A stretch of DNA of 64,000 nucleotides, from positions 3,806-67,805 of IMG/VR virus record IMGVR_UViG_3300027747_001027, one strand, 5' to 3'. Of the stretch, positions 32,956 through 46,462 are shown piece by piece. The position numbers were made by a program, and so were the translations under genes. A model generated the notes under the pieces. It did no database searches. It saw only the letters and a list, made by a program, of their open reading frames with translations, and was not told where the DNA came from. This DNA is from a virus. The first letter of the stretch is position 1, and each line of letters starts with the position of its first letter.

Positions 32956-33504
32956 TTACTTCCTCCCAAATACAGAGTTCTTACGAAGCATTTTCTTGCG
33001 AGACTCAAGCTGCTCTGGACTATAGCTTGAACGATTCCCACCAACGCGGATTGTAGATGGTTTACCAGCCTTCTCAAATCCAGCAATATACTTAGGCTTC
33101 TCCTCTTTAGGCTCCTTAGCTTTCTTAGTAATAGTAATCGTGGAAGTATCGTCTTTCTCTCCGAGTGATTCACTCATCCTGCGCTGCATACGCTCAACGC
33201 CATCACTTGGTTTTTTAACCGCAGGTTTAGGCTTTGACTTTACATCTGGCTCTGGAAGCTGATCCTCTTCTTCGGTATATTCTTGCTTGTATTTATTTTT
33301 GTCCTCAAGCTCTTTATCAAGCAATTCTTTGTCACGATACTTGTCAACACGCTCACGGATTGTTTCATCAACTGCGCGTTTAGGATAACTTGATCCGGCT
33401 TCAGGTGGGCGTTTCTCACGATTGCGTTCACGTTCCATCATGTAACGCTTGTATTCGCTTTGCAGTGGTTGGAACTTGCCGAATTTTTCTAATGCTGTAG
33501 CCAT
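32956..33504 (-). CDS. hypothetical charged protein
   Basis: ORF in operon. Confidence 0.55.
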   Translation of the reverse strand: MATALEKFGKFQPLQSEYKRYMMERERNREKRPPEAGSSYPKRAVDETIRERVDKYRDKELLDKELEDKNKYKQEYTEEEDQLPEPDVKSKPKPAVKKPSDGVERMQRRMSESLGEKDDTSTITITKKAKEPKEEKPKYIAGFEKAGKPSTIRVGGNRSSYSPEQLESRKKMLRKNSVFGRK

Positions 33505-33569
33505 AACTTTATTGTTTAACGATTATTGATTGATATATAGCACTATTTAGATGGATTGCTATCTAAAAT

Positions 33570-36584
<3,015 letters not shown>

Positions 36585-36587
36585 AAT

Positions 36588-37583
36588 TTATCTTCCTGGC
36601 CAAAGATTTTCAAATTGGAAAGATGCTCTGTCAATGTTTAATTTCCATTGCGATCCACCGCGAATTTCTCGGCTTTCTCCGTTTAATAGTTGTAGCGCTT
36701 TCATAAAGAACATTTCAGACCTATCCAAGTCTGCCTCGTCCTCAAATCGAAGTGATGTAAGCATATTTTTCAATGCTCCAAGATTTGAAACAATTACTTC
36801 ATCTGTATCATATACGCACGGAACAAACCTAATCTTGCACAAGACATCAAGATAGTTGATTGTGGGCTCGTTTGGCACAGCGTAGCGATGGTAGCTTGCT
36901 GTTGTCTCAGTAGACTCGTATGCTCCTATCTTCTCCTCATCTACATTATTTACAGCATATAGATTTATCCCGCCGTTTGTAATTGGTTTTTGGAAAAATG
37001 TGATACTTGAGAATACTTGGTTAACAATAATGTCTGGATCAACAAGAGTAACATTCATTGTTACATCATTATTATCTTGGTCTTTACCTTTAATAACAAC
37101 TTGATTCATTGCATCGCTTGCATTTTCAATTTCAAGTTTAATCGTAAATGTAGAAAATGTTGGATTGGCAAAAGTAACAAAACCATCACCAAGGTCATCA
37201 AAGAACGTCTCGTTATATCCATACCTTGGCCAATATGAAGCAGTCCACAAATCAGAGATTGGAGTTAAATATGTAAACCATCCATTTCGTATTTTGATTG
37301 GTCCAGTAGCAGTTCCGTTTCCGGTATCCTTGCTCCACTTAGCAGCAAGGGCTGAAGTAAACCGTCTAGGCAAAGTAATGATTCCGCTTGGAGAATAAAA
37401 CCTAACAGGGAGGATTGTGCCATTCCACTTCCCGCTATTAATCAGTCTTTCTTGTGCAAGGTTAAGGTATGAGTTAAAGCGATCTATATTCGCTTGGTTA
37501 TCAAGCGAAGGAACAATTGAGGCGTAAAGTTGTTGCCTCGCTTCTCCTAGTGTTATTCTCATTATATTGTAAATGAACCCCAA
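36588..37583 (-). CDS. putative tail adaptor/tubular protein
   Basis: YLNLAQERLIN...GIITLPR; position in the tail module. Confidence 0.6.
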   Translation of the reverse strand: MGFIYNIMRITLGEARQQLYASIVPSLDNQANIDRFNSYLNLAQERLINSGKWNGTILPVRFYSPSGIITLPRRFTSALAAKWSKDTGNGTATGPIKIRNGWFTYLTPISDLWTASYWPRYGYNETFFDDLGDGFVTFANPTFSTFTIKLEIENASDAMNQVVIKGKDQDNNDVTMNVTLVDPDIIVNQVFSSITFFQKPITNGGINLYAVNNVDEEKIGAYESTETTASYHRYAVPNEPTINYLDVLCKIRFVPCVYDTDEVIVSNLGALKNMLTSLRFEDEADLDRSEMFFMKALQLLNGESREIRGGSQWKLNIDRASFQFENLWPGR

Positions 37584-38308
37584 GTACTACTAAATGTTCC
37601 CTTTTGACCAGATGCTAATGCTTTTTTATATGCATCTTCTTTTTCTCTTTGATTTTTCAAGTCTTGTTGCATTTGTTGCGGTGAAGAATATCCTGAGGAT
37701 TGAGCTGTCTGCATACCTCTTAGTCCATATTCTTGACCAATCAATCCGCCTTTTAAACCATATTCTTGATTAAGCAATCCGCCTTTTAGACCATATTCTT
37801 TAGCTGTTGAAATATCTCTTAGCCCATATTCATTGGCTGTTTCTCCACGCTTAAGACCTGATCCATATCCAGCTTCTGCCATTGATCGTTGTGACGCTGC
37901 ATTTGCCAATCTCATAGACGCGCCTTCAAGTCCAGACATAGAACCATAAAATCCATTTTTCCCAGGTTGTTCTGTAAATTGGTTAGTACTTGGCAACATC
38001 CCTGTATATTTAGAAATATCGGGTTCATATTGACCAATCATTTTATTATATGAATCGCCTATAGACGACTGATTTAGTTGATTTGCTGCGGCTTGCTTAT
38101 CTTTTTCAACAAATTCTTTTAACCTAATCTTCATGTTTCCCTGGTCTAAATTTCCATATTGATCCGTTGCATAATCAATTAATTTATTACCAGTGCTTTC
38201 CTCATATTGTGCTGGTGTCATTGCTGTTGGTTTTGATTGTTGTGACCCACCAGTCATAATATTTCCCGCTGTTGATCCACCTCGTGATTTTGCAAATGTT
38301 CTAGCCAT
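37562..38308 (-). CDS. putative internal virion protein with EYGLxG repeats
   Basis: Gln/Gly-rich; four 11-aa repeats. Confidence 0.55.
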   Translation of the reverse strand: MARTFAKSRGGSTAGNIMTGGSQQSKPTAMTPAQYEESTGNKLIDYATDQYGNLDQGNMKIRLKEFVEKDKQAAANQLNQSSIGDSYNKMIGQYEPDISKYTGMLPSTNQFTEQPGKNGFYGSMSGLEGASMRLANAASQRSMAEAGYGSGLKRGETANEYGLRDISTAKEYGLKGGLLNQEYGLKGGLIGQEYGLRGMQTAQSSGYSSPQQMQQDLKNQREKEDAYKKALASGQKGTFSSTWGSFTI

Positions 38309-38357
38309 AATATTTTTTATAATTCTTTTATATAATATATTTATTTAATCAAGTAAA

Positions 38358-38594
38358 TTAATCACAACCTTCAGTTGGTATCCATTGTATTGATCCGTTG
38401 ATTGATCCTAATACGTATGTTCCATATGATGGGGCTTTTGAAAAGTCTGGTATTGCCGGAATACTTCTTCCATTTACATCTGTTTGTTTTCCTATTGGAA
38501 TATATTGTCCACCAGACTCAAATAATGATGGCATTTTTATCTGCATGTTTTCAACACTGGATACTTGTTGATTTTGAGTAACTGAATTATCCAT
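38358..38594 (-). CDS. small virion protein
   Basis: GTYVLGSINGSIQW resembles the C-terminus of 4575..4820. Confidence 0.5.
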   Translation of the reverse strand: MDNSVTQNQQVSSVENMQIKMPSLFESGGQYIPIGKQTDVNGRSIPAIPDFSKAPSYGTYVLGSINGSIQWIPTEGCD

Positions 38595-41515
38595 TATATT
38601 TCTCTTGATGATATTGTTGCTGTGACTGCTGTAACTTTAACAAATCCCCATTTATAAAGTTCTACATCAGCAGACATTAAGAATTGACCAGTTGGAAATA
38701 TTGATGGTTTCGTGGCTTTTAATAAAGGAGGATTAACTGATAATGCTGGTTTTAAAATCCCCTTACTATCTGATACAGTATTAATTTCTTTAATATTTAT
38801 TGAAATATCTGAATGCATTGTTTGCGGAACAAGTATTGAGTTTGCATTTACATTAACATCAAAAGATTTTCCTTCTCCAGTAGAAGAAGCAAAGCCATTA
38901 ATACCAACTGATTCAGATTTTGATTTAGAATTTGATAATGACCTACCGCCTGTAATCAAAACAATATTTTCTGTTTTTGTTTTAATATATGGCCATTTTA
39001 AGTATGTTTCAGTACGAACAACCTCTTCGCCTTCTACTGGAGAAGTAATTGGTCCTGTTCCAAATTGAGCAAATATATTTAAACGGTTTAATATTGATTC
39101 AGATTTAATTTGACCATTTACCATTTGAATGAAAAAAATGTGTTTAAATCCTTCTACTTCTCCATCAAATCCATTTTCTATTTCAAAGTAAATATCTCCA
39201 CCAATTGACCATGACGATTTAGATGAACCGGAATTGCTCATGTTATATGATCCAGTATTAGCTCCTTCAGATATATTAAAATCAGTTCCAGCGCCATAAC
39301 TATTTGCAACGTAGCAAGTTGTTGATAAAAGTTTATCTGGTAGTTTTACTCTTACCTGTATTGGAACTTTATAATATTGATTTAATAGCGCTTCCTTTAC
39401 TTTGTCTATATTAATTTTTTTCTTAACGCTTTTCCATTGGTCTATTGCTTTATACTCTGTATTTTGTAACTTAATCCATGATGGTGTATCTTTATATTCA
39501 GTAGGTGATACAATCGTTTCTTCATAATAAATTCCTATTCCTAATTGATCATCGTAATCAACGCTAACATTTTCAGGCCACTCGTTTACCCTAACCAACT
39601 CTCTTTCCGATTTAGTTTGATCTAGTCTGTTTATTGAATCTTTAACTATATTTAAACCTAAATTTACATCGCTTGTTGGCCCTGTATCTGAATCAACTAT
39701 TGACTTTTCAACGCTTGCCTCAACCAGTCCAAGTTGTGATTCAATAAGAGTATTAGAAGATAATTTAATTGGACCATATGATTGTACTGTTGTTTTTTTT
39801 GCTTTTGTTGCAGAAATTGGCTCAACAGATGATTCAATAATTCCGATATTTCCATCCCATGTTAAACTATCTGGACTTGCTGGATATGCTACAATTGAGT
39901 CCGTAACTAAAGTCCTTCCAAGCAACCCAGACGATGCTTTTCCTCCAGAAAGAATAGCCCTCGCAGGAACTGTAATTGTTGTTTTTTTAGACTTTGCTAT
40001 ATCAATTGGTTCTACTTCACTTGATATTGTATTTACAGAATCTGCATCTGGAGAAGAATTAGCGGGAACAATACTTTCATTAACTGTTTCAATTTCCCCC
40101 CTTTGATTTATTCTTCTTCCAGAAAGAGTTGTTGGCCCACTTGAGGAAATTGTTGTTTTTTTACTTTTGGCTGAATCAATTGGAGTTATTAAAGAAGAAA
40201 CAATTGTGTGAGAAAGATTGTCTGGATTAGTCCCAACTGGAACGATTTCTTCAATAACATTAGTCTGTCCAAGTAATCCATCTTTATTCTGACCTCCTAA
40301 TAATGATGATGGTCCGGTTGATGTTACCGTAACCTTCCTGCTCCTTACCGAGTCTATTGGATCAACTTGAGATGAGATAACTGATAATGACAATGCATCG
40401 GCAGAAGCGCCAGCGGCAACAATTCTTTCTGTTGTTGACTTAATTCCAAGTAAACCTTGTTCATTTTGATTTCCAGATAAAGTCGGAGTGCTATTTAAAA
40501 CAACATTAGTTTTAACAGCCTTACCAGAATCAACTTGATTAACTTCACTTGAAAGAATTGTTGAACTTGGTGAATCTGGATTGGTATTTGGAGCAACGAT
40601 ACTTTGCGTTGAAATAACATCACCGAGCAGCTTCCCATCTTTTGACTTTTTAGAAAGACTAGAGGGTCCAGTAGATGTAGTTGTTCTTTTTATAGCCTTT
40701 GTTGCTGATGTTTGTTGAACAATTGAAGCAACAACGGATTCGGATAATGCATCAGGTTCAGTTGATGGGACTACAATATCATCAGTTGTAATTGTTTCTC
40801 CAAGTAGCCCTTCTTTTTTTTCTTTTGTAGAAAGAGTTGAATGCTTTTCAACAGATGATGTTGTTTTTACACCCTTACTTACATCTTCTTGAATTACCTG
40901 TGATCCTGTAATAAAAAGTCCGTCAGGAGTTGGCTCGGTTCTTGGATAAACAGTTTGAGTGTTTATACTCTCCAAATCTCCACGTTGATTATATCTTTGC
41001 GAAGGAACAATTGGTCCAGGCAATGTTTCAAAAACCCTTGTTACGGTGATATACTTTGAATCTAATGCGCCTTCATTGCGAGTTGTAGCTTCATCTGTAA
41101 GAAATGCATTGGGAAACATTGTATCTGGAGTAAGGTAAACAAATGGGGAGTATGTTTCTCTGGGTACAATATATGTCCTTGTGTAGATTGGATGCTTCTG
41201 AGATCCGGAGCTATACTTGATAGCATAGTTGTAGCTGTCTTGGTTTACTCTATCATTCGCCCAGATACGTTTCACCCACTGCCCATCCTCGCTCGAAACT
41301 TGTTGGAATACTAGCTTATGCTCTGGGAAGCTACCTTGCTGTGATCCGTGCGGTACACTATCCCACATTGTTCCATAATCTAGCTTCTTGTAATCTCCCT
41401 TCCACGCATTCACCACTTCAGTAATGATGACATCATCTATTACCGGAGTTGGTAGTGATTGAATCCCCTTTGCTGGGGCTGGATTCATTGCGTTAGTTGT
41501 TTTAATTGGCTGCAT
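38594..41515 (-). CDS. tail-associated protein with ~60-aa Ser/Thr-rich repeats
   Basis: Repeated GLLG...IV....PD.LS..I.SS.V.PIDS.KSKK.T. Confidence 0.7.
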   Translation of the reverse strand: MQPIKTTNAMNPAPAKGIQSLPTPVIDDVIITEVVNAWKGDYKKLDYGTMWDSVPHGSQQGSFPEHKLVFQQVSSEDGQWVKRIWANDRVNQDSYNYAIKYSSGSQKHPIYTRTYIVPRETYSPFVYLTPDTMFPNAFLTDEATTRNEGALDSKYITVTRVFETLPGPIVPSQRYNQRGDLESINTQTVYPRTEPTPDGLFITGSQVIQEDVSKGVKTTSSVEKHSTLSTKEKKEGLLGETITTDDIVVPSTEPDALSESVVASIVQQTSATKAIKRTTTSTGPSSLSKKSKDGKLLGDVISTQSIVAPNTNPDSPSSTILSSEVNQVDSGKAVKTNVVLNSTPTLSGNQNEQGLLGIKSTTERIVAAGASADALSLSVISSQVDPIDSVRSRKVTVTSTGPSSLLGGQNKDGLLGQTNVIEEIVPVGTNPDNLSHTIVSSLITPIDSAKSKKTTISSSGPTTLSGRRINQRGEIETVNESIVPANSSPDADSVNTISSEVEPIDIAKSKKTTITVPARAILSGGKASSGLLGRTLVTDSIVAYPASPDSLTWDGNIGIIESSVEPISATKAKKTTVQSYGPIKLSSNTLIESQLGLVEASVEKSIVDSDTGPTSDVNLGLNIVKDSINRLDQTKSERELVRVNEWPENVSVDYDDQLGIGIYYEETIVSPTEYKDTPSWIKLQNTEYKAIDQWKSVKKKINIDKVKEALLNQYYKVPIQVRVKLPDKLLSTTCYVANSYGAGTDFNISEGANTGSYNMSNSGSSKSSWSIGGDIYFEIENGFDGEVEGFKHIFFIQMVNGQIKSESILNRLNIFAQFGTGPITSPVEGEEVVRTETYLKWPYIKTKTENIVLITGGRSLSNSKSKSESVGINGFASSTGEGKSFDVNVNANSILVPQTMHSDISINIKEINTVSDSKGILKPALSVNPPLLKATKPSIFPTGQFLMSADVELYKWGFVKVTAVTATISSREI

Positions 41516-41549
41516 AAAGTATGAAATATATTGTTAACAATTACTTTAT

Positions 41550-41765
41550 TCAAGTGTAATTTTTAGCTGAGTCACAACACCCACTCACATTACTTGCTGT
41601 TTCTGGATGCGATTTTTCAAACTTTGTTTTAAGTTGTAATGCAAACTCTCGCGTGTTTTCTTTATGGGAAACACAAAGTTCGCACATTTTAAATGATGGC
41701 ATTCCACCATACATACCCAAAGTACACACGGGATGTATTTTTTCGTTTCTAAAATTACATTTCAT
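41550..41765 (-). CDS. small Cys-rich protein
   Basis: CTLGMYGGMPS..MCELC...GCCD. Confidence 0.6.
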   Translation of the reverse strand: MKCNFRNEKIHPVCTLGMYGGMPSFKMCELCVSHKENTREFALQLKTKFEKSHPETASNVSGCCDSAKNYT

Positions 41766-42462
41766 TTTTTGGTATAAATGTTGCTGATATTTTTGAAAAA
41801 TATTCTCCCCTATAGTTTTCTTTTGTCCAGTAAAGAGACTCTCCACGATGTCCAAATGCTATTAATTTATTCCCGTCCATTGAAAAATCAACATTTTGAA
41901 CTAATATATTATATGGTTTATATTCCGGTACACGAGGTTTTTTAAATTCAGAACTAGCATTAAATGGTCCATTTATTACATATTTTGCATAAAATTTATT
42001 ATTTTCATAATGTAATAATAAAAAAATCTGAGAAGTATAAAAATCATTTGTTTCAGTAAAAACTCTTTTTGGGTCGAATCTTACATTTCCAAAATCCGCA
42101 CACTCTCCAGTATAATATGTTGTATATGAAATACTCGGTCTAAAATCGTGTTCACAACCACTTAAGAAGTCAGATTCAAAAGATTCACTTGCGCTTGATT
42201 TCCTAGAACAATAAATTTTATCTAAGACATGCTGGTCTTCATAAGAATTCCATTCTATTTCTACTCTCCAGACCCCACCCGCTTTATATTTATCATGTTC
42301 TTGTTTTGTTATTTGAAATACATTTTGACCATTTATATCAAAACCCAATCTTTGAAAGCAAAAACAACATTCGCAACTTATTTTGTTTTTTTTCAATATT
42401 ATTTTATAATTGCTTGGATCTGCTAATCCACCATTAAACCCATTAACTTTAATTGCTTTCAT
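41755..42462 (-). CDS. hypothetical AT-rich virion-associated protein
   Basis: KISCECC N-terminal motif. Confidence 0.55.
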   Translation of the reverse strand: MKAIKVNGFNGGLADPSNYKIILKKNKISCECCFCFQRLGFDINGQNVFQITKQEHDKYKAGGVWRVEIEWNSYEDQHVLDKIYCSRKSSASESFESDFLSGCEHDFRPSISYTTYYTGECADFGNVRFDPKRVFTETNDFYTSQIFLLLHYENNKFYAKYVINGPFNASSEFKKPRVPEYKPYNILVQNVDFSMDGNKLIAFGHRGESLYWTKENYRGEYFSKISATFIPKNEM

Positions 42463-43343
42463 TAATATCTTTCTACAAGTTGAGTAAGTTGATCTACGCT
42501 ATACTTTAGTTTTCGTAAATAGCAGTCCGCTCTAGCCAATGCAATGCAAATATGCTCATCTTTAGCATGAAGAGTTTTCCCTTCTATTTTGATCATGTAT
42601 CCAGACAATGGCTTTTTGTCAGAAACTTGTATGCTTTTTTCTGAGAAAGAAAACTTCAACCTACCATCATGGCAGTATGTTGCATTGTCTCGTTCGTATA
42701 TGCAATCAAATGCATATAGACATGTTTCAACTATGCTGGGAACTCGTAATGCGTTTGCAATGGCATTAGGTGAGCTTTGATTGCCAATGAATATGGATGA
42801 TGCTGCTATAGCTTCCGCGACATCGTATAGGTCTATTGTGTGCAAATGCTCAACTCTTCCGAACTTTTTACAAAAGTCTTCGTGCTCTTCTTTATGCCCA
42901 ACGAACATTATGTCATCCGCGAATGCATTCACGATCTCCAGCCAAGGAAAAAATTCTCCATGCCACCTTGCACCTCGGCTTACGACTATCTTTCCAGAAG
43001 CATAGTTGTTTTTTCCAGACTTGATCCACGGTTTGCTCAGATCAATCTTAGCACCAACCCACCTTGCTACTCGGTTAGCAATATTGTCACCATAGACCAT
43101 CCCTCCATTCCGGTATGTGGAAAGATCGACATCTATCTTCTGTCCTTCGTGTTTACTCACAGAAATTCCTTGCGCCTCTATCAGCCTCGCAAAAGATCCA
43201 ATGCGATTCACGATTGGTTTAGTCCATGACCTATCACCGACATAAAGTGTGGTAACACCTAGTGCCTGCATAGTTGGAATTGAATAGATAATATCTCCGA
43301 TGCAGCCGGAATGAAATGCGTTCATGCTTTTATTGTTAAACAA
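42462..43343 (-). CDS. GT9-like glycosyltransferase (paralog of 20989..21939)
   Basis: HSGCIGDIIYSIP, FIGNQSSPNAIANAL. Confidence 0.7.
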   Translation of the reverse strand: MFNNKSMNAFHSGCIGDIIYSIPTMQALGVTTLYVGDRSWTKPIVNRIGSFARLIEAQGISVSKHEGQKIDVDLSTYRNGGMVYGDNIANRVARWVGAKIDLSKPWIKSGKNNYASGKIVVSRGARWHGEFFPWLEIVNAFADDIMFVGHKEEHEDFCKKFGRVEHLHTIDLYDVAEAIAASSIFIGNQSSPNAIANALRVPSIVETCLYAFDCIYERDNATYCHDGRLKFSFSEKSIQVSDKKPLSGYMIKIEGKTLHAKDEHICIALARADCYLRKLKYSVDQLTQLVERY

Positions 43344-43385
43344 TACTGGAAGAAATTCAAGGTGATTTTTCTTTCAAGAAATAAT

Positions 43386-43421
43386 TTGACTTGTTGAAAA
43401 TAGTGTATAATATTTTCAACA
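43386..43421 (+). promoter_or_regulatory. promoter TTGACT-N16-TAATAT overlapped by an 11-bp inverted repeat
   Basis: TGTTGAAAATA-N8-TATTTTCAACA. Confidence 0.55.
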
Positions 43422-43428
43422 TCTTATT

Positions 43429-43510
43429 TGAGTTGTCAGAAAACTCATAATGGTAATTTTCCTCATGGTCAAAACCCGTCTTGATATTCTGACTATCAAG
43501 GCGGGTTTTT
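43429..43510 (+). promoter_or_regulatory. two hairpins with complementary loops; the second is terminator-like
   Basis: Loops GTCAGAA and TTCTGAC; 16-bp stem followed by T-run. Confidence 0.65.
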
Positions 43511-43958
43511 CTTTTAGTATGAAGCCTAACGGCAGTTCCCTCAAAAGAGCCTGTAAGATGAGCGTAGCACGGCGGGGTTCTATCCCCTGACTATGGAGAA
43601 TACCTGTAAAGGACTCCCGTGTGAAGGAGAGGGGTTGGGAGGGTTAAAAGACTACCAACTTAAAACGCTGTTTCCGCAGGGAGGCAGACTGCGAATCAAG
43701 CTGGCTCTCACTGAAAGGTGTAAACTAAAGTAAGCCTCGGTTAAGGACGACCTCTGGGCGAGTGATTCTAAAAATGCATACGATGGCTCCATACGAGGAA
43801 GTAATGTGTTTAGCAGTTTCTTTCCATAGGAACTGCTATGCTCCGATCTCACCACCAAAGAAGCATTGTATTATATACCCTATCAAACCCAATAACCACT
43901 ATATCCTACTAAGATATACCTTGTCGGATATAAGAAACATGATACAATTTAACGAACA

Positions 43959-45080
43959 ATGAAACACCGATTCCACGTATTGTCACTTCCTCACACCGTA
44001 ACTAGCAAGGAGTTTAACGCTTGCGCGTACACGCAAAAAGTATTAAAATTCTCAAAAATGATGACCGAGCGAGGTCACGAAGTTATACACTACGGACATG
44101 AAGACTCTGATCTACAATGTAGCGAACACGTCACCGTACTTACCAATAACGACTTTCGAGAGAGCTATGGGTCACATGACTGGCGCAAGACCTTTTTTAA
44201 GTTCAATACCAACGACCATGCGTATCGTAAGTTTTACGACAATGCTATCCGTGAAATATCCGTACGGAAACGGAGTCACGACTTTATCCTGCCCTTCTGG
44301 GGTTCTGGCGTACGTCACATCTGTGATGCCCATCAAGACTTGATTTGCGTTGAACCAGGCATTGGATATGCTGGTGGACACTGGGCTAGGTGGAAAGTTT
44401 GGGAGAGCTATGCAATCTACCATGCTTATTGTGGGCTTAAGAATGTTGGTCAGTGCAATCAAGATTGGTATGACGTTGTTATTCCAAACTATTTCGATGT
44501 CGAAGATTTTGACTTCAATTCTGCCAAAGAAGATTACTTTCTCTATCTTGGCCGAGTATATAACGGAAAAGGAGTTGATATTGCCATCCAAGCTACTGAA
44601 CGAGCAGGCGTGAAGCTGGTCATTGCCGGACAGAAAGAAGAAGGATACAAGCTTCCTAACCACGTTGAATATGTAGGCTACGCAGACGTTCCAACGAGAA
44701 AGAAACTGATGTCTAATGCCAAGGCATCGTTCCTACCAAGTATGTATGTAGAGCCATTCGGTGGAGTCCAGATCGAGAACCTACTATCCGGCACTCCTAC
44801 GATTACTACAGACTGGGGTAGCTTCGCGGAAAACAATCTACATGGAATCACTGGCTATCGCTGTAGAACGATGGGCGACTTCGTGGATGCTATCAAAAAC
44901 ATTTACCGGATAAACCCATACGATTGCCGTAAGTTTGGCGAGAACTTCACATTGGAAAAAGTAGCTCCAATGTATGAAAAGTATTTCAATGATGTCATGG
45001 ACGTGTATACTGGTAAGGGCTGGTATGCAGATGGACATAACATTGACGCAATGACACGATTCTACCCCAGCATTCACTAA
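43959..45080 (+). CDS. glycosyltransferase family 4
   Basis: YLGRVYNGKG, EPFGGVQIENLLSGTPTITTDWG. Confidence 0.9.
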   Translation: MKHRFHVLSLPHTVTSKEFNACAYTQKVLKFSKMMTERGHEVIHYGHEDSDLQCSEHVTVLTNNDFRESYGSHDWRKTFFKFNTNDHAYRKFYDNAIREISVRKRSHDFILPFWGSGVRHICDAHQDLICVEPGIGYAGGHWARWKVWESYAIYHAYCGLKNVGQCNQDWYDVVIPNYFDVEDFDFNSAKEDYFLYLGRVYNGKGVDIAIQATERAGVKLVIAGQKEEGYKLPNHVEYVGYADVPTRKKLMSNAKASFLPSMYVEPFGGVQIENLLSGTPTITTDWGSFAENNLHGITGYRCRTMGDFVDAIKNIYRINPYDCRKFGENFTLEKVAPMYEKYFNDVMDVYTGKGWYADGHNIDAMTRFYPSIH

Positions 45081-45086
45081 CACAAT

Positions 45087-45551
45087 ATGAGCAACACAAC
45101 ACAATATCAACAATTCGTAAATTCACTCGTTAAGCCTGGCGCAGAGATCGTCAGGCAATTAACCCCACACCAAGCACACCTACTCCACATGGCAGTTGGC
45201 GTGTCCGGCGAGTCTGGAGAGCTTCTGGACGCAATTAAAAAGCATTGCGTGTATCAGAAGCAAATCAACATGGACAACGTGATTGAGGAAGCTGGGGACA
45301 TCTTGTTCTACCTAACCGGACTTCTCAATGATCTGAACATATCTCTTGAAGACTGCATTAAGGCAAACATAAACAAACTATCAAAACGCTATCCTAACGG
45401 ATATAGCAACGCAGCAGCTATTGCGCGAGCAGATAAGTATGCTATCCAAGATGAAGTGAAGACATTGCCAAACATTGAAGATGATTTCGGCGATGTGAAG
45501 ATTGAGACTGTCGCCTGTCTTATTGGAGATGAGTGCGAATCATGTCAATGA
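45087..45551 (+). CDS. mazG: MazG-like NTP pyrophosphohydrolase
   Basis: GESGELLDAIKK, EEAGDILFY, NINKLSKRYP. Confidence 0.85.
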   Translation: MSNTTQYQQFVNSLVKPGAEIVRQLTPHQAHLLHMAVGVSGESGELLDAIKKHCVYQKQINMDNVIEEAGDILFYLTGLLNDLNISLEDCIKANINKLSKRYPNGYSNAAAIARADKYAIQDEVKTLPNIEDDFGDVKIETVACLIGDECESCQ

Positions 45552-46024
45552 ACTGGGATGAATATGCAATTGGAATTGCAGAAGCAGTTTCATACAAGAG
45601 CAAAGATCCGTGGAATAAAGTTGGTGCAGTAATTCTACGGGAAGATCACTCAATCGCATCTGTTGGATACAATGGATTCCCGCAGGGCGTTGAGGAAGAC
45701 TGGTCAAATCGAGATGAGCGCAGGAAGTATGTAATCCACGCAGAGCAGAACGCACTGAGATATATTAAACCAGAAGAAGGCGAGGTTATATACTCAACTC
45801 TTATGCCGTGCAGCGACTGCATAAAAGCCATAGCTGCATACAAAATAAAGAAAGTTGTCTACAAAACCATGTACGCTAACGACTATTCCGCAATTCAATT
45901 TGCTGAAAAGATGGGAATTAATCTTATTCAGTTTAAGAAGCCATTTATGTTTATTGTTAAACAAGAGCAATCCCAAGTACATTTAGGAACATATCCAAAC
46001 GGAAAGAAGATAATAGAAATATGA
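45548..46024 (+). CDS. dCMP deaminase
   Basis: SKDP, GYNG, HAEQNA, PCSDC. Confidence 0.9.
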   Translation: MNWDEYAIGIAEAVSYKSKDPWNKVGAVILREDHSIASVGYNGFPQGVEEDWSNRDERRKYVIHAEQNALRYIKPEEGEVIYSTLMPCSDCIKAIAAYKIKKVVYKTMYANDYSAIQFAEKMGINLIQFKKPFMFIVKQEQSQVHLGTYPNGKKIIEI

Positions 46025-46104
46025 ACGAACAAGTAGTAGCCATAATACTTGTATTGGTGCTTATGATGCTTTGCGCATTCGTTGAAATGCGAACAAGGAG
46101 ATAA

Positions 46105-46461
46105 TTACACTATCCTTAAATATGAATTAGCGATAGATGGCGCTGATACAGCTCCGCGCATATTGCTCATATTTTGCGGTAGCATTTTGTTTTCTCGAAA
46201 TTTTTTACCAAATGAAGACTGCATTAAGCGTATTTTTTCTTCTAAAGGAATATCATTTTCAATGTCATATTGACTTCTCGGAATGCCAGCGGAATTATTT
46301 TGAGTTTTAGGCTGTGAGTATGAATTATATTGATTCATGTACTCCTCATCACCCATTTTATTATCAAGTAATGGTTGCTGACCCCTAGATTCACGGCGCG
46401 AATTTACTTTCGCCATCTGCTGTGGGCTAAATCCGTAGTTTCCAACGTAAGGTTTTTTCAT
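46105..46461 (-). CDS. hypothetical protein
   Basis: Three-gene minus-strand islet. Confidence 0.5.
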   Translation of the reverse strand: MKKPYVGNYGFSPQQMAKVNSRRESRGQQPLLDNKMGDEEYMNQYNSYSQPKTQNNSAGIPRSQYDIENDIPLEEKIRLMQSSFGKKFRENKMLPQNMSNMRGAVSAPSIANSYLRIV

Positions 46462-46462
46462 A

